From Octopus bimaculoides (taxonomy: Eukaryota): a DNA stretch of 64,000 nt. A program made the position numbers and the translations under genes. The notes below the pieces were generated by a model. The model made no database searches and was not told the origin of the DNA. It saw only the letters and a program-made list of their open reading frames with translations. The first letter of the stretch is position 1. Every line of letters starts with the position of its first letter. Where the stretch lies: contig NC_068985.1 of assembly GCF_001194135.2 (NCBI RefSeq), forward strand, positions 123,380,878-123,444,877. Reading direction: 5' to 3'. This document shows positions 52,236-64,000 of the stretch, in pieces.

Positions 52236-55052
52236 CTGAAATAAATAGAGAAATTCTGCAGCTGTGCCACTATTAGCATATAAAATAACAGACGTCACTA
52301 ATTTTTCCATGGATAAGGGTTGAAATTGGATTCAGCATTGTACACTGGTGAATCATTCAACTGTACAGGTCAACTACTATTTACAATGATAAATTATATC
52401 ACCTGTAGTACCTACTAAGTACTAGTTAAGTATCTTGGTAATGGACAATATACACTATCATCATCATTTAATACCCATTTTCCATCCTGGCACGGATTGT
52501 ACAGATCAACAGGAACCAGCAGGTCAAAAGACAACACCAAGCTCTGCTGTCTGCTTTGGCATGGTTTCTTATGACTGGATGCCCTTCCTAACACTAGTCA
52601 TTTTGCAGAATGTCCAGGTACAGACTATGGACCTCTAGGATATTTGTCCAATATTCTTTTGACTTGGCCCATAAACACACAAAATTGGGAAAGTGTTAAA
52701 GAACATAAAAGGGAAATGAAAAAAATTCAGTTAATTTGATGCAGCAAAGGAAAATCTATGTTAAGTTAGTGTCATCATATTTATCATACTGAAGGAAAAA
52801 AATCTCATTAATTGTATGTATGCAATAAAAAGAAGAAAACAGCTCAACAACTAATATCTGATGTTGACGAGTGCGGACTACAACTTTAAATATGCTTCAG
52901 TCTCATTAGACCTCTTCGGCAACACAAAGTCTTATCCATATTGGATAGATAACTGATAAGAGAATCTCTATTTTGAGGTAGAATAATATATATATAAGTA
53001 GACATCAAAAGAAATATAATGACTGTGAAAAATAAATCACCCTGCTACAGTATGATAATGAAAGACAATATTGTTGAGGGTGGTATGGTTACTACATTGT
53101 TCTTTTATTTCTAAGTAGTAGGCCAACTTGGTCAACAAAATCTATCATAATGATCTCCCCAAAATTTTTTAAAATGACAGCTCATATTCAAGTCCTTAAA
53201 CTTTCTTTGAACAGCCTTTCCACATTAAAGGTGACATGAACACAGCTAGAACATGGTCCAATGCTAAATCATGGCACAAGCAAACATGCTACACATCATA
53301 TATTTTCAGTAAGTCAATAGGGTACCAGGCATCTAGTACCAGGCATCTAGTAGAGGAGTTTGTGGTTCATAAAAGATAGTGTCAGATTATTCAGGAATAG
53401 GTTTGTCAAAATTTGGTCATGAGAAAGGGTTGATGACTATGATCTTATTAGACCTCCAAGACAACTGATATCAATGCAGATGAGGTTTGTTTTGAACAGT
53501 TCAAAGAAAAACTTAACATGAGAGGGAATTTCAGAGGGAACAAATTGGGAAGAGCAGGTCTGCAGCATAAACAAAATAAAGGTGACAAGAAATTTAGATG
53601 GGACTGGGTGAAAAGTGGCAGGATACCAGCAAGCTTGAGGAACAGAGACCAAACTCGTAATGTTAAAAAGGGCAGCACACCTGTAGGCCAACGTTTGCAA
53701 TATGCTGGTCAACAAAACCATGCCAATCAACAGGGTACATTTTTTGCATGAGAATACTTAGGATGTTCATATTCAGCAATAATTTTTTTTCTGCAAGAGA
53801 AGCTACACATGATATAGTAGTACTTTATCCAGTGAAATATTTATCTCCCATTCATTTGATACGATAGAGACTAACTTGTGCATCATCCCAAATACTAATA
53901 AGCAGTTGACTTTAAGGGAGGCAATTTTGAGTTGGGCAGTTAAAGAACAAAAATCTATCAATTCTGTTTTATTTCATTCATATTGTTAAGTTAAACATCT
54001 TCTACGAGATCTACAACTTGGATCTAATTACTGCTACAATGTCATGACTCTAGCAATGACATTGAACCTTCAGTAGCTCAGATAACAGTGAGCTTATAAT
54101 TGACAAGAGTTTTGCAGCATAGAGGTTAAAATCTCAAAATCATAACAAATTCAGTCTTAACTAATGAGATGTTTCAGTGGAAATTCTGCTGAAAATTCTC
54201 AACATTATCATTATTCTGATATCTTAATGATCAATTGTACAAGAGTCATCACACATTAATTGATATTTCTAGATAAAGACAAAATACATTTGGGGATATC
54301 AAACTTCATCTCTCACATTTTGTAACATCTTAGGTAAAAAAAAAAAAATGAAAAATCCAACTGGAATGATAAAATGAGTGTCTTTGAATGATGAACAACC
54401 CCGTCCTTGAGTAACAAAAAAGCCTTGACCAAAAAGGTGAAACAAGCATATTATGTGTGATGGAACAAGAGCAGGTAGAAGTAAAGAAACAAGCTCTGGC
54501 ATGTATGATATGAATATACATTAAAAATTAATGTCATGGCAATAATTCATCTCAGAATTTTAAATATTTAATTGTTTATCAAATTCCACTACAGTAAACT
54601 GTTGCAACAATAACAATGCCAAATTAATTTTCAGTAAGAATACAGACAAAAATCAGCATCAGAACCAGACTCCATCACTTGACAGACAGAAGATCATAAG
54701 CTGACAAAATACCAGTTTTTCTTCGATGGGCTTCTTTTTAAATCTACAGTAGAAACATTCAGCTATTGGGCCTCCAATCTACCTTCTTAGGAATAAATAG
54801 GAATAAATATCGCTATTCACAGGAATGATCTGTGATATAGAATGGTTCTTTTAGTACATCTTTCTTGCCACTTTTTGGAGTATAACATTCATCATTTTAT
54901 ATGCTGTGACAACAAAACATTTGCATTACTCTATAATATACTAAAGTTTTTAATAAAGTGTCCCTTTTACAATAAGAGACAAAAAAACAGCTTATACAAT
55001 GCTATAAGCAATGTATGCATGTGTAATTTTAGTGTACATAAATATGACTTAC

Positions 55053-55158
55053 CATATCGACCAGCACGCCCAATACGATGAAGATACACTCTAGGATTTT
55101 TTGGCAGGTCTAAGTTTATCACAAGATTTACATTCTCAGCATCAATTCCACGCGAAGT
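55053..55158 (-). CDS. DDX20: DDX20 exon with motifs V/VI
   Basis: [35 protein letters not shown](G); [11 protein letters not shown] is characteristic of DDX20; acceptor ttacag, donor gtaagt; 106 bp, phase 0-1. Confidence 0.95.
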
Positions 55159-55270
55159 CTGTAAAGAGATCAACAGGAAATATATATAAATACATACAAT
55201 ATACATATATAAAAAATGTGACAATATAAAGTGTGTGTATATTGTCAAGTAGGATATTTCTGATCAGTTA

Positions 55271-56060
55271 CGAGAGCAAGCTGAAAAGTTCAGAGGCTGA
55301 CTATAAAGGAATGATGCTAACAATGTAAAACCTTGCATGCATTAATTTCAACTCTTCTTAATAACTGCACTGTTTCTTTACAGGTAAACTGATATCTCAC
55401 TGTTCAAAGACTTCAAAAGTAACTAGTAGCAATTTCTCTTCAAAATGGATAAAATTTGGCATCATGGTGTTATCAAGTACTTGTAGAAAACAGTTTTAGC
55501 TCCCGAGGACACCTATGCTGACATTAGGGGATTATACACTAGCTTTATGACCAGTGCAAAAGTGGGCAGCTGAATTTAGGAGGGGAAAGGAGAGTCTCGA
55601 AGGCGGCCCAAAGTCTGGACATCCTGCAACCGCAACCACTGAGGAAAACATTGATTGTGCTGTCCACATGGTGATGGATGACAGGCAATTGACTTTAAAT
55701 CAAATAGCCAATGTTATTAGCATATCCCTTAAGAGAGTTGAGAATATTCTGCACAATGAACTTGGTATGACGAATGTTTCTGCTCAGTGGGTGTCATCTA
55801 ATACCAGATCAAAAGTGCACCAGGTTGATCACATCACAGCAAAACTTGACATTGTTTAAAGCAGATCTAGCTGGTTTATTTGAACATTTCATAAGCCAGG
55901 ATGAAAATTGGTTTCATCACTTTGAGCCAAAGACAAAGAGACAATCCATGCATTGGAAATATCCCCTCTCCACCTGCTCCAAAGAAGGTCACGGTCATTT
56001 CGTCTACAGGGAAGTTGATGGCCTCAGTTTTTAGAGATGCAGAAGGCATTGTGTTTGTAA
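55271..56060 (+). mobile_element. Mariner transposon 5' portion, decayed, antisense in a DDX20 intron
   Basis: TA|CGAGAGCAAGCTGAAAAGTTC TIR; KWAAEFRRG.ESLE, ELGM.NVSAQWV, QDENWFHHFEP, KLMASVF.DAEG. Confidence 0.85.
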
Positions 56061-56499
56061 ACACTCCACCAATCCACATTTCTGGATTAGTTTCTTTTTT
56101 ATCAACTCTGAATGAATGAAAGACAAAGTTGATCGTAGCAAGATTTGAACTTGGTGCAGAGTTGGAATAACTGGCACAAGGCATTCTATCTCGTACTCTA
56201 ACAACTCTGCCAATCCACTGCTTAAAATTCAACAGAAATATTCCAAAGCTTTTGCAGTCATTTCTGCAACTCACTACTTCACAAATAATAATAATCCTTT
56301 CTTGTTTTGGCACAAAGTCAGTAATTTTGAGAGGATGGGGAAGTCCATTATATTGACCCCAGGGCTTAACTGGTACTTATTTTATTAACCCCAAAATGAT
56401 GAAAGTTGACATTAGTGGAATTTGAACTCAGAACGTATGCCAAGTGAAATGCTAAGCATTTTGTCCAGTGTGCTAACAATTCTACCAACTTGCTGCTAT

Positions 56500-56790
56500 A
56501 TCATCGTTTAACGTCCGCTTTCCATGCTAGCATGGGTTGGACGATTTGACTGAGGACTGGTGAAACCGGATGGCAACACCAGGCTCCAATCTAAATTTGG
56601 CAGAGTTTCTACAGCTGGATGCCCTTCCTAACGCCAACCACTCAGAGAGTGTAGTAGGTGCTTTTACGTGTCACCTGCACAAAGGCCAGTCAGGCGATAC
56701 TGGCAACTGCCACGCTCGAAATGGTGTCTTTTATGTGCCACCCACACAAGCCAGTCCAGGGGCACTGGCAACGATCTCGCTCGAAAATAT
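56500..56790 (-). mobile_element. Young RTE 3' end in a DDX20 intron
   Basis: Same family as 40471-40658 and 61285-61490. Confidence 0.85.
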
Positions 56791-57264
56791 AATAAAATCA
56801 AAAGATACATTCTCTTTGTTTAGGAAGAGAATAAGCATAGATGTTAAAGTGTCGGCTAAACTACTTCACTGTATTTGTTGTAGCACTCTGCATTTTTAGT
56901 AAAAATTTAACCGAGGTGTACTTTGCATTGTTATATTTTGGGATTGATAAATTATCAGTCCAGGACAGCAGACTGCCAGAATTAGACTCTTGGATAAGAA
57001 GCAATGCAATATCTGTTCTGGATGTCTGTGTTCTTAATTCAAATTCTGAGATAACAATGGCCAAGGCTAATCACCGAACCAAAGAAATATCCCTTCCAAC
57101 ACACATTTGCCCATCATGGACAGGCAGGCTTGCAAACCATTATACATAAGTCAGCAACGATATACTGAGACTTAATCCAGCAGAACTTTGTAAAAGTCAG
57201 AATAAAATGGAATTGTCTTTTTAAGTGGAGAGCATAAAAGGAGTGATATTTAATTAACCCTTAC

Positions 57265-57406
57265 CAAATCAGTTGAGACTAAAACACGGCACTGGAATGA
57301 TTTCAAACTAGCCATTGCTTCATTACGTTCTTTCTGATCTAAAGAACCAGCAATACAGCAAGTTGGCCAACCTTGTTCTTCTAGTTGAACTGCCAAACTC
57401 TGAGCA
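57265..57406 (-). CDS. DDX20: DDX20 exon
   Basis: AQSLAVQLEEQGWPTCCIAGSLDQKERNEAMASLKSFQCRVLVSTDL; acceptor ctgcag, donor gtaagg; 142 bp, phase 2-0. Confidence 0.92.
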
Positions 57407-57749
57407 CTGCAGAATTAAAAAGAAAAACGTATAAACAAGTAATTTTAGTAGAATAATGTAATTATAAATGGCATAAAACTAATGTTAATAGCTGATATCC
57501 CAGCTAGAAGTACCTGTTTTATTTTACTTGGTATAAAATCTCTCAAACTGAAAAAGAAAAGTAATGTTATGATATCAATGCACGTCCTAAAGGAAATTAG
57601 CAAATGGTTCCAAGTGAAAATTTAGTTGTTTTACAAAATAATCATTAACATTGTGTAAAGTATGATAAAGTTGTTTGTTGATATTTGAATTAAATAAACA
57701 ATATAAAAAATATCTTTCGCTTGATAGCCAACAACACTCAAAATTTCTC

Positions 57750-57990
57750 AACTACCAACTAGAGCCAAAATTTTCTACCCACATTGGCCAACCAAAGCTG
57801 AGATTCTTTTCCCACAATGGCCAACCAGAGTCAAAATTTTATGCCCACTACCAGAACCAATCTTCTTTAATTACAATAACCGACCACAAGACCATACCAG
57901 CTGACTAGAGCCAAGATTCTTCACCTACACTGGTCAACCAGACTCAAGATTTCTTGCTTGTCTTAATGTCCCAGAATCAAGATTTTTTTT
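57750..57990 (+). repeat. Degenerate ~33-bp minisatellite in a DDX20 intron
   Basis: Units such as aactagagccaaaattttctacccacattggcc / aaccaaagctgagattcttttcccacaatggcc. Confidence 0.75.
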
Positions 57991-58111
57991 TACTTTTGAA
58001 GATCAGTTAAGCTTAATCCAAAGAATAACCTTATCTTAGTAGTTGATTTCTGTAGAAAAATTTCAAGAGGAAAACAAAATTCTTTGAATATTATAAAACA
58101 TGGAAACTTAC

Positions 58112-58250
58112 CCAGATTGAAGGTTCGAGAATACAAGACACTGGTTAAACACTACTGAAGACAGAATCTTAATAGCAGCTTTCGCACTATATTCAGCAAC
58201 TTTTTGCACAAGTGGGTGGTAGGGGATCTTCAAATAATATTGTTTGATAC
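58112..58250 (-). CDS. DDX20: DDX20 exon (start of second RecA domain, motif IV)
   Basis: GIKQYYLKIPYHPLVQKVAEYSAKAAIKILSSVVFNQCLVFSNLQS(G); acceptor ttttag, donor gtaagt; 139 bp, phase 1-2. Not in the ORF track. Confidence 0.9.
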
Positions 58251-58439
58251 CTAAAAACAAGAACAATTTCCAAGATGTATAATATTAATAAAGCTGTGCA
58301 AAAGACTAAGAATAAATAAATCACAATAGTTTATCCGAGTTTTATTTAACTAATGAGTAGAAAGGCGAACCAATCACAAATCCCTTTAGTTAGATAGCCC
58401 TGCTTGATCTGTAGAAAAGGGATAGGTAGACACTCCATA

Positions 58440-59790
58440 AGATGTGCCCGGTGTAAGCTATAGACACAAGAGGTGCAGCAATATCAGAGAGGGTTAACAG
58501 GGAAGATAGTTTTTGTGTGAGGAAGGTGCTCAGGTACAATAAACACCAAAAACGTACAGAAAATAGATTCCATCACATGCCAGCTTCTGTTAACAAGTCA
58601 GTAGTAGGGGTGGATGCTCTGAGAGCATAGCTGCTAGAACAAGAATAGGCTGGGCAAAGTTCAGAGAGCTCCTACCTCTGTTGGTAACAAAGGGTTTCTT
58701 GGTCAGAGTGAAAGGCAGACTGTATGATGACTGTGTGCAAAAAGCCATGCTACATGACAGTGAAACATAGGTTATGACTGCTGAGGTTATGCACAGGCTT
58801 GTAAGAAATGAAGCTAATATGCTCTGCTGGATGTGTAATGTCAGTGTGCATGCACGACAGTGTAAGCATCCTGGGAGAAAAGTTGGACATAAGAAGCATC
58901 AGATGTGGTGTGCAAATGATACGACTGCATTGGCATGGTCATGTGATGAGGACAGCTGTGTGAAGAAGTGTTGCACTCTAATGGTGGAGGGAACCTGTGG
59001 AAGAGGTAGACCCAGGAAGAAATGGGATGAAGTAGTGAAGCACGATCTTTGAATGTTGGGCCTTACAGATGCAATGACAAGCGACCGAGACCTTTCGAGA
59101 TATGCCATGCTTGAGAAGACCTGTCAAGCCAAGTGAGATTGTAGTTGTGGTTGATGCCAGTGTTGTCCAACTGACCCTTTAAAAAGCACCCTCCAATCGT
59201 TGGGCAACATGCTTGTGAAGATGTGTCGAACTGAGTGAAATCCTAGTCGTGGATGATGCAAGTACCGTTCATATGTTGGGCCTCATGGAGACAGTGACAT
59301 CAAGCTGAGTGAGATTGTAGTCGTGGCCAATGTCAGTGTCATGTAATTGGCCTGTTAAAAGCACTCTTCAATTGTTGGGCAACATGCTGTGCTTGTGATG
59401 ACCTGTTGAACTGAGTGAGATTGTAGTTGTGACTGATGCCAGTGCCGTCTGACTGGCACCTATGCTGGTGGCACATAAAAAGCACCATTCAAGCATTAGA
59501 TCTCATGGAGGCAGTGACAGGTGACCAAGACGCTACGTGACATACCGTGCTTGTGTTGATCTGTCAAGTCAAGTGAGACCATAGTTGTGGCCAATGCTGG
59601 TGTCAGGTTGATGGCACCTGTGCTGATGGCATGTAAAAGGCACCTACTACACTCTCAGAGTGCTTGGCATTAGGAAGGGCATCCAGCCATAGAAACCTTG
59701 CCAAATCAAATTGGAACCTGGTGCAGCCCCCCAGCTTGCCAGTTTTCAGTCAAACTGTCCAACCCATGCTAGCATGGAAAGTGGACATAT
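58440..59790 (+). mobile_element. RTE LINE 3' portion (ORF end + repetitive 3' UTR), antisense in a DDX20 intron
   Basis: HKRCSNIRG, RIGWAKFRELLPLL, CCTLMVEGTCGRGRPRKKWDEVVKHDL; 3' UTR ends catgctagcatggaaagtggac..gatgat. Confidence 0.9.
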
Positions 59791-60722
59791 GATGATAATC
59801 TTGACAGGGCAAAGTTAACTGAAGCAAACAGAAAAGCAAAACTGTTCCAATACATTTGGCTTACAAGTTATTTGGACCAGCATAACATGGGGGTGGGTGG
59901 GGGGTATTGCCAATTATACTGACCCTCAATATTTGGCTGAACTTTGTCTCCAGAGTGATGAAAAGCAAAATTGACCATGGCAAGATTTGAACTCAGAATG
60001 TAAAGGACTATAATAGTATACAATAGTTTGTCAGAAGCTTTAGTGATTCTGCCAATCCAACATCCTATTTTCAACAACAATAATACTACCATGCTGAAAT
60101 TATTGTGAAATAGTTATGGATGATGGAAATTCCCATCAAATGGCAGATATATTTATGACTTTAATTTAGAAAAGGTTGCACAGCTTTGACACACAGCATG
60201 TAAATCAGAACAAAAGTCCATTCACAAAACAACTAGAAAAATTAAATCTTTGACAGAGCATTATCAGATCTATAAATGACTTTGAACCTATAAATAACAG
60301 GGAGAAAAACTGAGGCACAGGTAGAATATTGCATTCTGCTCACACACAAAAAATATCAGTAGATTTGAAATCATGGTTCATGAACATATATATAATCCAA
60401 AACCTTATCCATCAGGTCATAACAATTCTACATTGTGTATACAAACATATATCAACATTGATATTTCATTAGCTACTGTTTCAGAAAAGTGGTATTGATG
60501 TTGATATGTCTTATTTACATTATGACCAAGTCATTTTGTGTTTTCAAAGAGTGGAATATATGGGTATGACTGTTTGAGTCTTGGGACTCATCGGGCCAAT
60601 TACCCAGTTTCCATGACATATAAGTTACTGAGATCACAACAGTCCTTCTGAACAGGTTGCCTGCCCATTGCATAGAAATTTTTGAGACCAGAAATTAAGG
60701 AGATAAACTTTGGACCATTTAC

Positions 60723-60865
60723 CTAACAAAGCCAGGTGTGATGTATTGAGTCTGATATAAGTAGGGTTCCGCATGTAATGCATCAAGTGTTTGGCAAGGT
60801 ATTCTGGATAAGTTGCAGACAGAGCAAGCATCTGTTTATTTTCAGGTAAAACTGAATATATCCAA
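60723..60865 (-). CDS. DDX20: DDX20 exon with motif III (SAT)
   Basis: [48 protein letters not shown]; acceptor ttttag, donor gtaaat; 143 bp, phase 2-1. Confidence 0.93.
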
Positions 60866-61276
60866 CTAAAAACAAGCAAAAAAAATGAAAACAAGAGAAA
60901 ATTATCAAGTAAGAAATAAAATGCAGATGAGGTAATCAAAAATATTTGGAAACATGTTATTTCATATTTATTTGCTAACACCAAATTTAGTATGTATATA
61001 TGTATGCATAAAGAACACTGTTGCATCAACTGACCACCAAATCCCATAACTGTAAAGGACTATCTTGAATTCTCTTATCTCTTCTTTGTGATTTTCATGT
61101 ATGAAATCTTAATATTCATCTATCTACTGTGAATTATTTTCCAGCTTTCTGCATTATTATATTTATAAATACATTTGTATAGTTTATTTATAAATGCTTT
61201 GAAGCCATTAACAACCACCTGTCCACCTTTTAATTTATTTTTGACCTCATGAATATAAAATTGTAACAGTTAAATC

Positions 61277-61490
61277 ATCATCATTGTTTAACATCCGCTT
61301 TCCATGCTAGCATGGGTTGGACGATTTGACTGAGGACTGGTGAACCAGATGGTTACACCAGGCTCCAATCAGATTTGGCAGAGTTTCTACAGCTGGATAC
61401 CCTTCCTAACGCCAACCACTCCGAGAGTGTAGTGGGTGCTTTTACGTGCCACTGGCACGAGGGCCAGTCACACGGTACTGGCAACAGTAA
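61277..61490 (-). mobile_element. RTE 3' end in a DDX20 intron
   Basis: catcatcattgtttaacatccgctttccatgctagcatggg...ggcacga. Confidence 0.8.
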
Positions 61491-62004
61491 ATTATAGACT
61501 TTATCCATCACCTGGTTTAACATCAATTACTTGGTTCTTAGATGCTTTCCACATGGTTTACTGCTTCTTACTTCACTCAGGAGGTTTTGGTCAACCCTGG
61601 GCTATGGTAGAAGATGGTTGCCCAAGGTGCTATGGGTTGAACTGAATCTGAAATCATGTGGTTGGGAAGAGAACTTTTTAACCAAATAACCACACCTGTG
61701 CTTATATTCTTATTAACTGAACTGGAAAAAGTTATTTAGATTGTTGTAAGAATTACAAAGAAAAAAAAGGCTGAGAGATGGTACAGTATTAAAGAGTTTA
61801 AAGTAGAGGTTGTTGAAATGTTTTGGGGAAGATCATTACTTTTTTTCATTTCTGATGAATTTTAATGATTGGAAGAGAGTAAAAAAAGATGCAGGTTACA
61901 ACTGCAAATGCTTTGCATGTACATTTATAATTAGCCAAAATTTAGTCACAACTAAGAATAAAACAAGCAAAATAACATGTAATAAAAGAAAAATCTGAGC
62001 CCAC

Positions 62005-62116
62005 TTAATGTCTGCTTGGAACTGTTCATCTAATAACTGGTCAGCTTCATCAAGGACAAACAAACGAATACTTTTGGTTCTCAGGTAGCCTTTTTCAATC
62101 AAGAACTTAATTCTTC
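62005..62116 (-). CDS. DDX20: DDX20 exon with DEAD motif
   Basis: [37 protein letters not shown](N); acceptor ttgtag, donor gtgggc; 112 bp, phase 1-2. Confidence 0.93.
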
Positions 62117-62539
62117 CTACAACATAATCAAGTATAATGATTTTAATATCACAGAAAAATTAGATTTAATTAAAAGATAAAGTAAATTGAAAGGAAACAA
62201 AAATAATTTTTATCTCCTGCTCTTGTTCATTATTCACCTCTTACCATCACCATTTTGTCTACCACAAGACTTGAACATTTCATTATGAATTTTAGCCATA
62301 CACTTAATTATAAATCCCTCAGTTCATCCAGCATAAGAAACAGAGAATAGGATCATCTGAGAATACTAGCTGAGATATATAATCTTATTCAGCAAGTAGA
62401 GAATATCTATAACAAACTGAAATGAAGAAGCAGCCCTTTTAAATATTGCTTGGAAATGAAAAATATTTTAATTTTATATTTTATTAATTTAAACAAATTT
62501 AGAAATAAAATCAATATCTAAGAAACGAAATCTACCAAC

Positions 62540-62708
62540 CTGGAGTTCCAACTGCTATATGGCAGATCTTCAGATTATTCTTATCATCAATTACAGACAA
62601 GCCACCAATGAAAGTGGCACACTTGAGGCCAGTTACACAGCTACCAATACTGGTTATCACCTGCCATATTTGGAAAGCAATCTCACGAGTTGGAGCCAAA
62701 ACAAGGAC
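62540..62708 (-). CDS. DDX20: DDX20/Gemin3 coding exon (first in window; helicase motifs Ia/Ib)
   Basis: Manual translation [57 protein letters not shown]; acceptor ctacag, donor gttggt; 169 bp, phase 0-1. Confidence 0.93.
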
Positions 62709-63916
62709 CTGTAGATTTGAAGAAAATTATTTTTAAAAAACTTCGTATATGAGGAATTTTGTTTTGGTTTTAGTATTAACATTGTCAACATTATCAAAGT
62801 CGTTTGCAAATATTATTTTGAATACTGACATTAGTTGGATTAATTGATCTGCAGTAGACTATACCACTATTATTAATTAGCTTGTATCAATGTAAGATAT
62901 CAATTATACAACATCAGCTGTCACCAACATTCAACCGTGAGTACCTTACAGCAGGAGATCGTCATTGCTTTACATTTACTTCTGATACTGGTTTGAGTTG
63001 TCATAAACCTAGTCAGTTATTATCCAGTTACTTCCCCTTTTAGACAAGTCGAGGATGTCTTGCATATAGCTTTTATTTTTGACAGGATTTCTTTAGCTGA
63101 ATGTCCTTACAAACACAAATCACTTTACAAGATGTAGTTATTGTGGTATCTGAACATAGAGGTGCTGTGTTCTAGGATGACAAAAAGAAAAAAAAAAAAT
63201 GGAGCCTCCTGACTCTTGTCTCTACTTGTTAGCATTTTACATATTTGTATAATTGCATGTCATCATCATTTCATGTCTGTTTATTTAATGCTGGTATGGG
63301 TTGGGTAAGTGATGACAGACCAATCGTTTCTTATTTGGAGCTGCTGTTCCCAAAGACTGAGGTTCGTATGTGTCATTTGGTTTGATATCATCAAGTATAT
63401 GCCCTTCCTATTGACAACAACTTTACAACAAAGTGTACTAAGTGCCCTTTTTTCATGGAATCAACATTAGAAAGGTTAAATAGTTTTCAGTGAGATAGGA
63501 CTAAAGAGACTTCACAACCTTATATGTTCTCTGCTCACTTGCCAACCACTTCAGAGAGCATTGGGTGAATTTTTCATGGCACTGATACAAGAGAAGTATT
63601 TCACATCACTGGAGAATGTTTTCCGATGACTTAACACTGAACTATAAAAAAAAAGAATGGAATGTGTTCATTAGTAAAACTAATTGACCTTGTTACAGGT
63701 ATCGCCATGACAACTTTCTCTGTCATAGTCAATGCAATGATCACATGCTACACACCTTCCTTCCAAGCACTATTGTAAACAGCAGAAGTGAGCTAGAATG
63801 TTAAAACTTAGTGCACATGCACACCAGAGTCCAAGGTCAATCTGTGCCAAGCGGCTTCACTCTGCATGCTTTAGCTTCATTATTATGGCAACAGTCCGGA
63901 TACTTATTGACCAGAC

Positions 63917-63961
<45 letters not shown>

Positions 63962-64000
63962 ATATATATAAGGGCATTATTATAAAATAAAGCCTCACGC

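Noticed and set aside
53440-53750. ORFs 53437-53751 as genes
   Set aside because: Intronic, with only faint similarity to a decayed R4-like RT; not supportable as a feature.
57750-57990. CRISPR-like array
   Set aside because: Contiguous degenerate units without unique spacers, in a eukaryotic intron.
62709-64000. DDX20 Q-motif / motif I exons
   Set aside because: No AKSGTGKT-like coding found; presumably outside the window.

Overview
AT-rich, microsatellite-dense eukaryotic DNA with six N gaps (9910-10138, 11839-12240, 25979-26285, 29948-30292, 36598-36607, 44274-44547). The repeat content looks like an Octopus/cephalopod draft genome; this is an inference from recognised repeat families, not from a search. 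The one host gene found is DDX20/Gemin3 (DEAD-box helicase) on the minus strand: eight coding exons from 62708 to the stop at 45339, all with GT-AG boundaries and compatible phases. Its 5' exons lie beyond the right edge. The rest is transposon material: a dead near-complete piggyBac, three GIY-YIG Penelope-like elements (probably Naiad-type), R4/Dong-like, RTE and CR1-type LINE pieces, mariner/hAT relics, MITEs and several SINE families. Main oddities: (1) a recent duplicate of part of the DDX20 last exon with three telomere repeats inserted in register; (2) a Penelope-like element with a core-intact type I hammerhead candidate, and an inverted 5' segment starting at the predicted cleavage site; (3) a SINE-LINE shared 3' tail; (4) an apparently inverted R4/Dong insertion; (5) a CpG-depleted domain extending about 10 kb past the DDX20 stop. 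Repeat boundaries are approximate (tens of bp) unless TIRs or TSDs are quoted.
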